From assembly GCA_014728085.1 (NCBI GenBank), contig WJMF01000230.1, positions 5,276 through 69,275 on the forward strand: 64,000 bases of DNA. The letters are read 5' to 3'. The notes below the pieces were generated by a model. The model ran no database searches and was not told the DNA's origin. It worked only from the letters and a program-made list of their open reading frames with translations. This document shows positions 19,930 through 29,788 of this stretch, piece after piece. The DNA is from Candidatus Zhuqueibacterota bacterium (GTDB lineage Bacteria > Zhuqueibacterota > Zhuqueibacteria > Residuimicrobiales > Oceaniaggregativiventaceae). Made by a program: the position numbers and the translations under genes. Each line of letters starts with the position of its first letter. Position 1 is the stretch's first letter.

Positions 19930-21489
19930 TTAGTGGCGAAAATGCCTGACACCTGAAAAGAGCATGAACATCTTGTGTTCATTGGCAGCGTCAATAACCT
20001 CCTGATCGCGTATAGAACCACCGGGTTGTATCACACCGATAGCCCCGGCCTCCGCAGCGACATCGACGCCATCGCGGAAAGGAAAGAATGCATCGGAAAT
20101 GAGAATGGAACCATGAAGATCTAGTTTAGCGTCGGCTGCCTTGCGGACAGCAAGCCTGGAGGCATCCACCCGAGACATTTGCCCGGCTCCAATACCCAAC
20201 GTTCGTCTGTCCTTGACATAAACAATTGCATTGCTCTTTACCCACTTTCCGACTTGCCAGCCAAACAGAATGGTTTGCCGGTCATTTTCCGACGGCTTGG
20301 TTTCTGTAACGCAATTAAAGCCAGCCAAATTTTCTTCAATGCGATCCAGCGTCTGTAACAGAAGGCCCTGATGCGATCTCTTAATGTCAAAAGCCTCTTG
20401 CGGCAGAGTTTCTCCGCTCCATTGTATCAGGCGGATATTCTTTTTTCGCGTTAGCACGGACAAGGCATTTTCTTCAAACGAAGGGGCGATGATAACTTCG
20501 AGAAAAATTTTGGACAACTTTTCGGCAAGTGCAAGTGTCAGTGGCCGGTTGAGCGCGACAACGCCGCCAAACGCGGAAAGAGAATCGGTTGCAAAGGCGC
20601 GTTCAAAGGCTGATTCTATTTTGTCATCAAGGGCTGCTCCGCAGGGGGTATTGTGTTTGACGACAATGGCACAAGGGGAATCAAACTCATTTACCAATCC
20701 GATGGCCGAGTACATGTCGAGAATATTGTTAAACGAGAGCGCCTTTCCGTGCAATTGCTTGCCGGATACAGCTGTGGACATGTCGTTATAAAGGGCGGCC
20801 TTTTGATGCGGATTTTCGCCGTAGCGCAGATCCTGAATTTTTTCGAGATTCAGGGTGATGTGCTGCGGGAAAAGCTCCTCTTCGGTTTCGCTTTCGGCCT
20901 TTAAATAGCTCTGAATGGTATGATCATAACGGCTGGTGCGCAAAAATGCGGATCGGGCAAATTTTTTCCGCGTTTCAGCGGATATCTCACCCTTGTTCTG
21001 TTTGAATTCCCCGATAAATTCCGGATATTGTTTCGGGTCTGTAAGCACGACAACTGCGGGAAAGTTTTTGGCGGCTGCCCGGATCATGCAGGGCCCTCCG
21101 ATATCGATGTTTTCCAGCGCGGTGTCCAGATTACAGTCGGGGTTGGCTATCGTTTTTTCAAAAGGATAGAGGTTGATCACCACCAGGTCGATGGGTGTGA
21201 TTTGATGCGAGTCCAACTCTTGCATCTGTTCAGGCTTGTCCCGTTTTGCCAGTATGCCGCCATGTATACGCGGATGCAGGGTTTTGACTCTGCCGCCCAA
21301 TATTTCCGGAAAACCGGTGATATCCGAGACCGGTTGTACGGAAACGCCATTGTCCATAAGAAATTTCGCCGTACCTCCTGTGGAGAGTATTTCCACATTA
21401 TTTGCGGCCAGCAGCCGGGCCAGATCGAGTATATCGCTTTTGTCATAAACACTGATAAGGGCTCGTTTGATGCTCGATTGTTTTGTCAC
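19930..21489 (-). CDS. purH: AICAR transformylase/IMP cyclohydrolase
   Basis: [35 protein letters not shown] and SDAFFPF. Confidence 0.97.
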   Translation of the reverse strand: MTKQSSIKRALISVYDKSDILDLARLLAANNVEILSTGGTAKFLMDNGVSVQPVSDITGFPEILGGRVKTLHPRIHGGILAKRDKPEQMQELDSHQITPIDLVVINLYPFEKTIANPDCNLDTALENIDIGGPCMIRAAAKNFPAVVVLTDPKQYPEFIGEFKQNKGEISAETRKKFARSAFLRTSRYDHTIQSYLKAESETEEELFPQHITLNLEKIQDLRYGENPHQKAALYNDMSTAVSGKQLHGKALSFNNILDMYSAIGLVNEFDSPCAIVVKHNTPCGAALDDKIESAFERAFATDSLSAFGGVVALNRPLTLALAEKLSKIFLEVIIAPSFEENALSVLTRKKNIRLIQWSGETLPQEAFDIKRSHQGLLLQTLDRIEENLAGFNCVTETKPSENDRQTILFGWQVGKWVKSNAIVYVKDRRTLGIGAGQMSRVDASRLAVRKAADAKLDLHGSILISDAFFPFRDGVDVAAEAGAIGVIQPGGSIRDQEVIDAANEHKMFMLFSGVRHFRH

Positions 21490-21590
21490 GATTTTACCTC
21501 ATAGATTTTATGAATCAAATTTTTGCTCGTCTTTGTTTTGATTCGGTTTTTGGCGGAGGATGTCGATGCGGCCGGACTGTTTTTTTGCCT

Positions 21591-22235
21591 TCAGGGTTCA
21601 TCTCTGTTTATGAATACTCTTCTTCCCTGAATTGAAATTTTTCCATCGGCAAAGAGCTGGATGGTTTTTGGTAAAATTTTGTGCTCAATTTCCAGAACCC
21701 GGGATGCCAATGTTTCTACCGTATCATCATCCAATACCGGCACGCATTCCTGAATAACCGGTCCTCCGGTATCGTATTCTTCATCCACAATATGAACGGT
21801 GGCACCGGTTACCTTGCAGCCGTGATCGAGAACGGCCTGATGTACGCGCTTGCCATAAAGTCCCTTACCACCAAAAGAGGGCAAAAGTGCCGGGTGTATA
21901 TTGATAATTTTGTTTTTATACATCTGAACAACAGCCGTGGGTATTATTTTCAGATAGCCGGCGAGAACGACAAGCTCGACCTGATGATCCTTTAGCAAAT
22001 TGAGAAGCTCTTCGGTATAGGTTGCCATGTCGTCATACTGATTGGGCGATATATGTATGGCCGTTATATTATTTTCACGTGCGAACATCAATCCACCGGC
22101 TGTGGATTTGTTGCTGATCACCAGGGCGATTTTCGCGTTCAAGTGTCCATTTTGAATTGCGTTATAGATGGATACGAGATTAGAGCCTGTACCGGAAACG
22201 AAAACAGCAATGGAAAGCGGCGATTTTTTAGTCAT
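21591..22235 (-). CDS. purN: Phosphoribosylglycinamide formyltransferase
   Basis: SGTGSNL, INIHPALLP, GATVH and YDTG. Confidence 0.96.
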   Translation of the reverse strand: MTKKSPLSIAVFVSGTGSNLVSIYNAIQNGHLNAKIALVISNKSTAGGLMFARENNITAIHISPNQYDDMATYTEELLNLLKDHQVELVVLAGYLKIIPTAVVQMYKNKIINIHPALLPSFGGKGLYGKRVHQAVLDHGCKVTGATVHIVDEEYDTGGPVIQECVPVLDDDTVETLASRVLEIEHKILPKTIQLFADGKISIQGRRVFINRDEP

Positions 22236-23163
22236 CGCGAACTCCTGCTTGTAACATTTTCAAGTATCCGTGTTCTGTGTTCAATTCGACGGGACAGCCG
22301 ACAGGCAATGTGTGTTTGATGGCGCCGTGTCCGTAGGGAAAACCGGACAATATTGGAATGTCGAGCCTGGCGGTATAGTCCCGGATCACTTCATAGAGAT
22401 TCTGATCTCCTGCTGTTTGATCGGCGTTGATAAATTCACCCAAAACGAGTCCATTGATTTCATCCAGAATGCCGGCGTTTTTGAGCTGACCAAAATGGCG
22501 GTCCAGACAATAGGTTTCTTCATCGATATCCTCCAGAATGAGAATGGCGCCGCTGATATCGGGGAAATAGGGCGTTCCAATTGAAGCGGTTACCAGTGAA
22601 AAACATCCGCCGATGAGTTTACCGGAGGCAATACCCGGATTCAGAATCTGCGGCCGGAAAGGCCCCCAATTGGCGGGCAATGTATGTGGACTGGGTTTGG
22701 TGATCATATCCCAGAAAGATTGCTCCGTCAGGGCATCGATTCCATTGCCGAATTCAACGGCGACCATAGGACCTGAAAAGGTGATCAAGCCTGTTTTTGT
22801 CAACATGGCCAATTGCAAACTGGTCACGTCGCTATATCCGACGAAAATTTTGCTCTGATTTTTCAGAGCCTCATAATCGATTTCCCCGAGCAATCTCAGG
22901 CTGCCATAACCGCCACGGCTGCAGATAATGGCCTTGACTGCCGGGTTGTTGATCATTTCGTTCAAATCACCCAGGCGGGAATCGTCCGTTCCTGCCAGAT
23001 AACCATGATCGTCGAGCACATGTTTCCCCTCGACGATCTTGTATCCTTTTTCTTGTAAATAGGAAATTCCGTTCAAATACGCCGGTTTTTTCTTGTCACG
23101 TAGCGGGCTTGCGGGAGAAAAGACGCCGATGGTATCTCCCGGAGCGAGTTTGGAACTTTGCAT
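22228..23163 (-). CDS. ldcA: LD-carboxypeptidase (peptidase S66)
   Basis: RGGYGS, GYSDVT, LILED and YGHG catalytic Ser/Glu/His motifs. Confidence 0.9.
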   Translation of the reverse strand: MQSSKLAPGDTIGVFSPASPLRDKKKPAYLNGISYLQEKGYKIVEGKHVLDDHGYLAGTDDSRLGDLNEMINNPAVKAIICSRGGYGSLRLLGEIDYEALKNQSKIFVGYSDVTSLQLAMLTKTGLITFSGPMVAVEFGNGIDALTEQSFWDMITKPSPHTLPANWGPFRPQILNPGIASGKLIGGCFSLVTASIGTPYFPDISGAILILEDIDEETYCLDRHFGQLKNAGILDEINGLVLGEFINADQTAGDQNLYEVIRDYTARLDIPILSGFPYGHGAIKHTLPVGCPVELNTEHGYLKMLQAGVRDD

Positions 23164-23166
23164 ATT

Positions 23167-24462
23167 TTATCTCATCAGTCTTTGCACTTCATAAATTGAC
23201 ATGGGTGTTGCCAGGCGATAATCTCCGAATCCGGTTGGATCATAAAATTCAAAATAGCGATTGATACCGTAATAATGCCAGATTTCGTAGGGATATCTGC
23301 TGTATTTGGGAAAGACATTGCGATCGACCTCATCCGGCGCTGAAAGCAGGATATATACCATGCCTCTGTCGGTTTGCCATCCTTCGCGGTTCATGACGGA
23401 AAAATGACGGTTGGCATATTCAACCCGGGCATAGTGAGCTTCCATGGCTTCGTTTTGTTCCGTACCCGGCGTGGGGTCATGCGCTTTCCAGAAGGCCTTT
23501 AATGCTTGTGATTTTTTAGCATCCGGTGTTTTTTCGAGCTTTTTCCATTCTTCGCGGGTTGCAATATAGCGCAGCTGTTCAATCGCGGTGTTGATATCCG
23601 TGATTATTTTGGGCATGCCGTCCCATCGCACAAAAAAGATTTTTTTGTTTTTATCTTTACCTTTATCTGCGTTTGCCTCGATTTCCAGGGTATATTTGTC
23701 CACCAGCAGACTGTCGGCAGGAATTTTAAGAATTTCGGCTGATCTTAACCCATCAATGGTTTTGACATATTCGCCTGTAATGTTTTCTTTGGTTGAATGG
23801 CCATACATCGAGTATTTAATATCGACCTCAGTTTGGTTTTTCGGGTTATAGATTTCAAAATAGGCGAGTATTTCGCCGCGGAACCCTTTATCCTTGTCGC
23901 TGATAATCGGCATCGTATTCTGACTGGTAATCGAATCCGGATTGTCGGAGGATAAAAAGATAACGTCACTTAGTGCCAGATCTTCTTTCGCAAAGTTCTT
24001 GATCTTGATTTCACTGTCGTATTTGTTGCTACGGCCTGATTCCAGATCTTCAATCATAACGGAGATGTCATACTTGCCCGGATCAAGCTCAAACGATTGC
24101 TCGGAATGATGGTAATAAGCTCTTTTATTGGTCTGATCGTACTCTTTAACATAAACTTCCTCTTTCCATATTCTGCCGTCGATCTGTTCGCCGTCGTCCA
24201 GAATAATCGCAGAGAGCTCATATTCTCCTTCAAATCCGTCTCCGACTTTGACAAATTGTATCTCGTCGAATTCAACACTTGTATAGATATGCAGCAGGGA
24301 TTTGGAAAAATCGTTTTGCTTTGCCATAACGGCGGTATCTATATGAAAAGGCAATTTGTTTACATCATAGGATGTGCTCATTTCCGTCTGCGAGGCAAGT
24401 GAAAACGCCATTAACAAAACAATGATAAATATTACTTTATATGACATGAATATGCCTTTCAA
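23167..24462 (-). CDS. GWxTD domain-containing secreted protein
   Basis: Signal peptide; FWKAHDPTPGT...RVEYAN...GWQTDRGMVYI...EIWHY...GFGDY. Confidence 0.85.
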   Translation of the reverse strand: MKGIFMSYKVIFIIVLLMAFSLASQTEMSTSYDVNKLPFHIDTAVMAKQNDFSKSLLHIYTSVEFDEIQFVKVGDGFEGEYELSAIILDDGEQIDGRIWKEEVYVKEYDQTNKRAYYHHSEQSFELDPGKYDISVMIEDLESGRSNKYDSEIKIKNFAKEDLALSDVIFLSSDNPDSITSQNTMPIISDKDKGFRGEILAYFEIYNPKNQTEVDIKYSMYGHSTKENITGEYVKTIDGLRSAEILKIPADSLLVDKYTLEIEANADKGKDKNKKIFFVRWDGMPKIITDINTAIEQLRYIATREEWKKLEKTPDAKKSQALKAFWKAHDPTPGTEQNEAMEAHYARVEYANRHFSVMNREGWQTDRGMVYILLSAPDEVDRNVFPKYSRYPYEIWHYYGINRYFEFYDPTGFGDYRLATPMSIYEVQRLMR

Positions 24463-24683
24463 TAAATAAAACCTGTCAAACTTTGGGGCGGATAACAGGC
24501 AGCCCCGAATGCCTTTACGAATTATATTGACAACGACCGTCCTCGTTGGACACTTTATGTTCAGTTTAATCGACTGGATGCTCTGAATGGTTTCAATTTT
24601 AACAGCTATACCCTATATTTTATACAAATATAACGATTAATTCAACGTTAAAATTTCCCCGCATTGTCCGGCCTGTGACAGGG

Positions 24684-25964
24684 TCACGTTTTGGCGGCTC
24701 TGCCGATGAGATCATGATAATCTGCAGAGGTCACCTGAACATCGAGAAGCGTACCGGGAGAAAGGGGCTGGTAGAGAATTACACTATTATCGATTTCCGG
24801 TGCATCCCATTGCGTTCGCCCGGCGGAGATGCCATTTTCAGATTCATCGATGAGAACAGTAACTGTTTTGCCGATCAGCGATTCATTGAATTGGCGGTTG
24901 ATCTCTGCCTGGCGGTGCATGATTTTTTCCTGTCTTCTGATTTTTGTCTCCCGGCGCACCGAATCTGGCAGTTGATAGGCTCTGGTGTCTTCTTCATGTG
25001 AATAGGTAAAAACACCCAGCCTTTCAAATTTAAAATGGTTGATAAAGTCAAAAAGTTCCTGGAATTCTTTTTCCGTTTCGCCGGGATAGCCTGCGATCAG
25101 CGAGGTCCGCAGGGCCAGGTCGGGAATCCGCCGGCGTAATTTTTGCAAAAGTGTTGCGATCTGCTTCCGCGTCACGTTGCGACCCATTTGTTGCAAAATC
25201 CGGTTGTTGATGTGTTGGATGGGCAGGTCTATATAGTTAACGACTTTATCCAGTTCCGCGATACACTCGATCAGTTCGTCGTTCCAATGGGCCGGATGGG
25301 TATATAATAAGCGTATCCATCTGAGTTGCCCGATTCGGTTCAAGCCGGTGAGCAAGCCGGCGAGATTGGTACCGGCGCCGAGCTCATGTCCGTAAAACGT
25401 GGTATCCTGTGCCACCAGGATCAGCTCTTTGGCACCGGATTGCACCAGCTGTTCCGCCTCATCGAGGATTTCTTCGGGTAGCCGGCTGATATGATTGCCT
25501 TTAATCAGCGGAATCGCACAATAGGCGCATCGATTGCTGCAGCCCTTGGAGATTTCCAGATAGGCGTAGTGTTTCAATGTCAGTCGTTGACGGGGCTGTT
25601 GCGGGCCGGAGGGCTTTTTGATCAGGGTTAATAATTGCTGCGCTGTTATTTTGGGGTCTGTAGAGGTCAGACAGGCGTCGATTTCCGGAATTTCCCGGCA
25701 CAGGTCGTTTTGATAACGCTGTGGCAAACAGCCACTCACCCAGAGTTGATGCGAAGGGTGTTCTCGCTTCAGCCGGGCGATATTGAGGATGTAATCGATG
25801 GCTTGTTCTTTTGCAGAGTCGATAAACGCACAGGTGTTGACAAGCGTGACATCAGCGTTTTCGGGGCTGTCGCTAAATTCCACATGGGGTTTAATTATAC
25901 CGAGGATAATTTCAAGGTCGACTACATTTTTGGGACAACCCAGGTTTATAAAAGCCAGCTTCAC
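24684..25964 (-). CDS. rimO: Ribosomal protein uS12 methylthiotransferase
   Basis: LGCPKNVVD, NTCAFI, radical-SAM CSNRCAYC, YSHEE and a C-terminal TRAM domain (APEID). Confidence 0.93.
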   Translation of the reverse strand: MKLAFINLGCPKNVVDLEIILGIIKPHVEFSDSPENADVTLVNTCAFIDSAKEQAIDYILNIARLKREHPSHQLWVSGCLPQRYQNDLCREIPEIDACLTSTDPKITAQQLLTLIKKPSGPQQPRQRLTLKHYAYLEISKGCSNRCAYCAIPLIKGNHISRLPEEILDEAEQLVQSGAKELILVAQDTTFYGHELGAGTNLAGLLTGLNRIGQLRWIRLLYTHPAHWNDELIECIAELDKVVNYIDLPIQHINNRILQQMGRNVTRKQIATLLQKLRRRIPDLALRTSLIAGYPGETEKEFQELFDFINHFKFERLGVFTYSHEEDTRAYQLPDSVRRETKIRRQEKIMHRQAEINRQFNESLIGKTVTVLIDESENGISAGRTQWDAPEIDNSVILYQPLSPGTLLDVQVTSADYHDLIGRAAKT

Positions 25965-26884
25965 TGAAACAATGCCTCAACGAATTCACCCGGATCAAAG
26001 CGTTGCAGATCGTCCGGTTTTTCTCCGATACCGATATATTTAACCGGAACCTTGAGTTGTTTTTGTATCGAGAAGACGATACCGCCTTTGGCTGTGCCGT
26101 CGAGTTTGGTCAGTATGATACCGGTAACCCCGACTGCCTGCATAAAGGTGCGGGCTTGAGCCAGACCATTTTGGCCGGTATTGGCATCGATAACGAGAAG
26201 GATCTCATGCGGGGCACCTGGCATTGCTTTATCGAGTACGCGGTGTATCTTTTGCAACTCTTGCATCAAATTGGATTTTGTATGCAATCGACCGGCTGTA
26301 TCGATGATCAAGATATCTTTATGACGCGCTTTTGCGGCGTTGACGGCATCAAAAGCAACGGCTGCCGGGTCCCCTCCGGGAGAGGTTTTGATGATATCGG
26401 ACCGGACGCGTTCTCCCCAGATACTCAGCTGTTCGGTGGCGGCAGCCCTGAATGTGTCTGCTGCCGCCAACAAGACGTTATAGTTTTTTTGCTGATACCG
26501 GCCGGCGAGTTTTCCGATCGAAGTGGTTTTGCCGGTACCGTTCACGCCGATGACACTAATCACATGGGGTTTTGTATTTATAACGTTTTCAGGATCATTT
26601 GCGCTGACGGAACTGTTTAGTTCTTCGGCGAGGATAGCTTTAAACAGGTTGAAGACCTCTTCCTCATTATCGATTATGCCATCTTTATATTTTTCGCGTA
26701 ACCGTTCGATGAGATGTTCCGTGGTATCGAGCCCGACATCGGAAAGAATGAGCAGTTCTTCTATTTCATCGAGCGTATTCTCATCGATCCTGCTGGATGA
26801 TTTTAAAATACGGCCGATACCCTTGACCAGTCCGGTTCTTGTTTTTGACAATCCTTGTTGCAGTTTGGTGAATTTCTTCAGCAC
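25961..26884 (-). CDS. ftsY: Signal recognition particle receptor (NG domains only)
   Basis: GVNGTGKTT, DTFRAAA, DTAGR and TKLDGTAKGG. A GTG start at 26884 with an AAGGA RBS is preferred over TTG 26923. Confidence 0.95.
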   Translation of the reverse strand: MLKKFTKLQQGLSKTRTGLVKGIGRILKSSSRIDENTLDEIEELLILSDVGLDTTEHLIERLREKYKDGIIDNEEEVFNLFKAILAEELNSSVSANDPENVINTKPHVISVIGVNGTGKTTSIGKLAGRYQQKNYNVLLAAADTFRAAATEQLSIWGERVRSDIIKTSPGGDPAAVAFDAVNAAKARHKDILIIDTAGRLHTKSNLMQELQKIHRVLDKAMPGAPHEILLVIDANTGQNGLAQARTFMQAVGVTGIILTKLDGTAKGGIVFSIQKQLKVPVKYIGIGEKPDDLQRFDPGEFVEALFQ

Positions 26885-26897
26885 AAAACTATCCTTT

Positions 26898-27476
26898 CTA
26901 CCTTCCGGAATTGAATTTTTCAATTAAGACGCTTTTATAAATTCTAAAATAGGTTATGATGGAAAACGGAATCAGAATCGCCGAGATGATCATGACGTAG
27001 CGATTGTAGGGTTCCAGTTCGAGCATATAGAAGACGATCACCGCCAAAAAAGAAACCAGGGTGTATTTTCCCATCAGATTTGATTCTTTGACTTTCTGGA
27101 TTCGGGAGATAATATGCAGACTGGCGACAAGGATGAGAATATCTCTCGCGATGACCATAAAGACGTACCAGTAGGGAAGCCCTTTATAGGCTGCCAAAAA
27201 GAACATAATGACACCGACGGTGATTTTGTCGACAACGGGGTCGAGCATGCGGCCGAGTTCGGACCGCATTTTCAGTTTTCTGGCAAAATAGCCGTCAAAA
27301 TAGTCGGTTATGCCGGATAGGCAAAGGCATAATGTGGCCAGCAGGTCTGTTTTCATTGTATTTTTTGATATAAAATAGACGATTAAGGGCAGAAAGACCA
27401 GCCTTACGAGCGTAATCAGATTGGGTAATCCGAGGTTGTGTTTGTCTTTTTTTACCAAATCAAAAAATGCTTTCAT
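26898..27476 (-). CDS. pgsA: CDP-alcohol phosphatidyltransferase (PgsA-like)
   Basis: LPNLITLVR and DYFDGYFARKLKMRSELGRMLDPVVDK match the DG..AR...G...D...D motif. Confidence 0.8.
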   Translation of the reverse strand: MKAFFDLVKKDKHNLGLPNLITLVRLVFLPLIVYFISKNTMKTDLLATLCLCLSGITDYFDGYFARKLKMRSELGRMLDPVVDKITVGVIMFFLAAYKGLPYWYVFMVIARDILILVASLHIISRIQKVKESNLMGKYTLVSFLAVIVFYMLELEPYNRYVMIISAILIPFSIITYFRIYKSVLIEKFNSGR

Positions 27477-27485
27477 TTTTCCCCT

Positions 27486-28655
27486 TTATGTAAATAACTT
27501 GATGACATCAAGGATCAAAGATGGCTTTTTTACCAGGGCAACTTTGAAAATATTTACCAGTGTTCTTTTTTCCTCTGGTAACTTTGTCACGCCTTTCTCA
27601 ATATTTATCAGGTCTTCATCGGAGAGGTTATAGACAAATTCTTTTATTCTATAAAATTTCGCTAAATTTTTGCCCTCGGTTTTGTTGAAGGTTTCGGCAT
27701 AGTCGAGCAGGCGATTTTTGCTGACATTTTTTTCTTTTACCGCGGCAGCGGCGATTTCTCCCGCCAGTTTCCCTGCCGTCATGCCGCTGGCAATACCCCC
27801 GCCGGTAAGCGGATTGCTGTGTCTCGCGGCATCTCCGGTGAGCACGAGTCCGTCGGTCACGATATGCTTTAAGGGTTTGGAGGCGGTCACGCCCCCCAGG
27901 GAGGTGGTTAGGACAGAGGCTTGTGAAAAATGATGTTGCATAAATTCCATTAAATAGTTATAGGGAGATTTTTTACGGCAATACTCACCGGATATGCCCA
28001 GGCCGATATTGGCGATTTTATCGCCTTTGGGAAAAATCCACAAGTATCCACCCGGCGCCAGCTTGTGTGAAAAGTAAAGATGAATAGAGTCCGGATCGAT
28101 GTCAATATTCGCGGCGGTGACTTGTGCGCAGGTTTCCATGTCTTTAAGCGCGACATGTGTTTTCAGTCCGGCCCAGCGTCCCACTCTCGATTCCACCCCG
28201 TCGGCGCCGATCACGACATCCGCACGGATGGTTTTTTCTTCACCCAGATGGTTGACTTTGACTCCGGATATCCTATTCTCTTCTCTGACCAGGTCATACA
28301 CCCACGCCCGGGTGTGAACCTCTGCGCCCTGATCGGCCGCCATGCGGGCCAGATCGTAATCGAAGCGTTTGCGATGCAAGACATATCCGACCTCATCGGA
28401 TTGAATATTGAGCTGTTTGCCGCTTGGAGAATGGAAAACAACACCGGTGATCCGCCGTGCGATCCAGGCGTCCTGAACCGGTACGAGTTTTTCAATCGAT
28501 TTGGAATTGACGCCCTCTGCGCAGCGCACAGGCAGGCCGATATGGCTGTCTTTTTCCAAAAGCAGCACCGACACCCCGGCTTTGACACCCCAATAGGCCG
28601 CCATACTGCCGGCAGGTCCGGCTCCGACAACGATGATATCATATTTTGGCTTCAT
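27486..28655 (-). CDS. Geranylgeranyl reductase family FAD oxidoreductase (digeranylgeranylglycerophospholipid reductase-like)
   Basis: GAGPAGS, IGLPVRCAEG, PGGYLWIFPKG (PxxYxWxFP) and GDAARHSNPLTGGGI. True start MKPKYDIIV at 28655. Confidence 0.88.
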   Translation of the reverse strand: MKPKYDIIVVGAGPAGSMAAYWGVKAGVSVLLLEKDSHIGLPVRCAEGVNSKSIEKLVPVQDAWIARRITGVVFHSPSGKQLNIQSDEVGYVLHRKRFDYDLARMAADQGAEVHTRAWVYDLVREENRISGVKVNHLGEEKTIRADVVIGADGVESRVGRWAGLKTHVALKDMETCAQVTAANIDIDPDSIHLYFSHKLAPGGYLWIFPKGDKIANIGLGISGEYCRKKSPYNYLMEFMQHHFSQASVLTTSLGGVTASKPLKHIVTDGLVLTGDAARHSNPLTGGGIASGMTAGKLAGEIAAAAVKEKNVSKNRLLDYAETFNKTEGKNLAKFYRIKEFVYNLSDEDLINIEKGVTKLPEEKRTLVNIFKVALVKKPSLILDVIKLFT

Positions 28656-28830
28656 CTTCAGCCTCCAGGGCGTGGATGGGACATATCGCAATACATCGTT
28701 CACAGGCCGTACAGCGATCATATAGAATGTATAGAACGAATTCCCGCAGTTCGATGGCATCGGCCGGGCAAACCGCCACACAGGTGCCACAGTAATCGCA
28801 TTTGTCTGCATGATGTCGGATTGCAATCAT
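28639..28830 (-). CDS. 2x[4Fe-4S] ferredoxin
   Basis: CDYCGTCVAVCP and CTACERCIAICP; overlaps the reductase start by 17 nt. Confidence 0.9.
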   Translation of the reverse strand: MIAIRHHADKCDYCGTCVAVCPADAIELREFVLYILYDRCTACERCIAICPIHALEAEDEAKI

Positions 28831-28837
28831 ATCTGGC

Positions 28838-29788
28838 TCACTGGCATGGTTTGAGACTCGGATAATTCACCTGAAATCGTTTCTTATAATACCATTTGCA
28901 AAAAAAATAGATGAATATGATGATAAGCAAATAAAGCGGAAATCTGTAGCATATCATCAGAGACAAAAAGAGCGTTGCATATTTATTGGCTTCAAGAACG
29001 CGTTTGACGCTTTTGGTTTTCAGAGATACAACAAAAAACGGTACTGACAGTGCGGTGGGTAAAAGGACCACAATATCTTCAGCGACGGCTGCCAGTGCAA
29101 CCGCAACAACCATTAAAATCGTTCCGGCGATTAAAACGGGTTTGACACCGTGCTTGACGGCAATTGTAATTTTGCCGGCCAGGAGATCTCCCCCGACATC
29201 CGGAATTGTGGTAAAAAAATAGACTGCAAGAAAGCCGCTGATATATGGCAGAGCATGAAAGAGCAAGTTTGTATTGATTTCTCCGCTGATGTTCCATCCC
29301 ACGGTAAAAATCAATAATCCACCGACAAGATTGGCGAAAATACCGCCATACGGCCGGTTTTTCAGATGAAACGGGTTTCCGCTGTAAAGATAACCGGTGA
29401 CGAGATAAATCAAAACCATAATGGCAAAAAGATCATAACGCCCGAAAAAGAGCAATAAAATCGGACTGAGCATTAAAAGGATCATCTCCAGGTGGGCTGC
29501 TTGTTTTGGAATTGCCCCTGAAGCGATGAGATAGAGCTTGTCGTTTATTTTATCGGTTTCAACATCAAAGAGTTGATTCAAAATAAAAACGCTGCCCATC
29601 ATCAGGGTCAAAATCGCAATGACCAGTATCGGACTGATATCCCCGTGCTCCGCGGTCATACGCGCTGATTCTTTTGCCTGGGGGCCAAAGCGTTCCTGGG
29701 CCCAGAATCCTGCCAGGGAAACCGTCCACACCGGGAAAAAGAGTGTTGGTCGCAAAACAAAGAAATAATCAAGGGTTTTAAGCTTCAT
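28838..29788 (-). CDS. UbiA-family prenyltransferase (DGGGP synthase-like)
   Basis: LRP start, first Asp-rich motif NQLFDVETDKIN, YS...LK.RP, second motif IPDVGGD...TIAV, ~9 TM. Start MKLKTLDY at 29788 overlaps the purF 3' end. Confidence 0.85.
   Translation of the reverse strand: MKLKTLDYFFVLRPTLFFPVWTVSLAGFWAQERFGPQAKESARMTAEHGDISPILVIAILTLMMGSVFILNQLFDVETDKINDKLYLIASGAIPKQAAHLEMILLMLSPILLLFFGRYDLFAIMVLIYLVTGYLYSGNPFHLKNRPYGGIFANLVGGLLIFTVGWNISGEINTNLLFHALPYISGFLAVYFFTTIPDVGGDLLAGKITIAVKHGVKPVLIAGTILMVVAVALAAVAEDIVVLLPTALSVPFFVVSLKTKSVKRVLEANKYATLFLSLMICYRFPLYLLIIIFIYFFCKWYYKKRFQVNYPSLKPCQ

Noticed and set aside
28656-28826. 57-aa N-terminal extension of the reductase given in the ORF track
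   Set aside because: It overlaps the real ferredoxin gene; the Rossmann motif begins right after Met at 28655.
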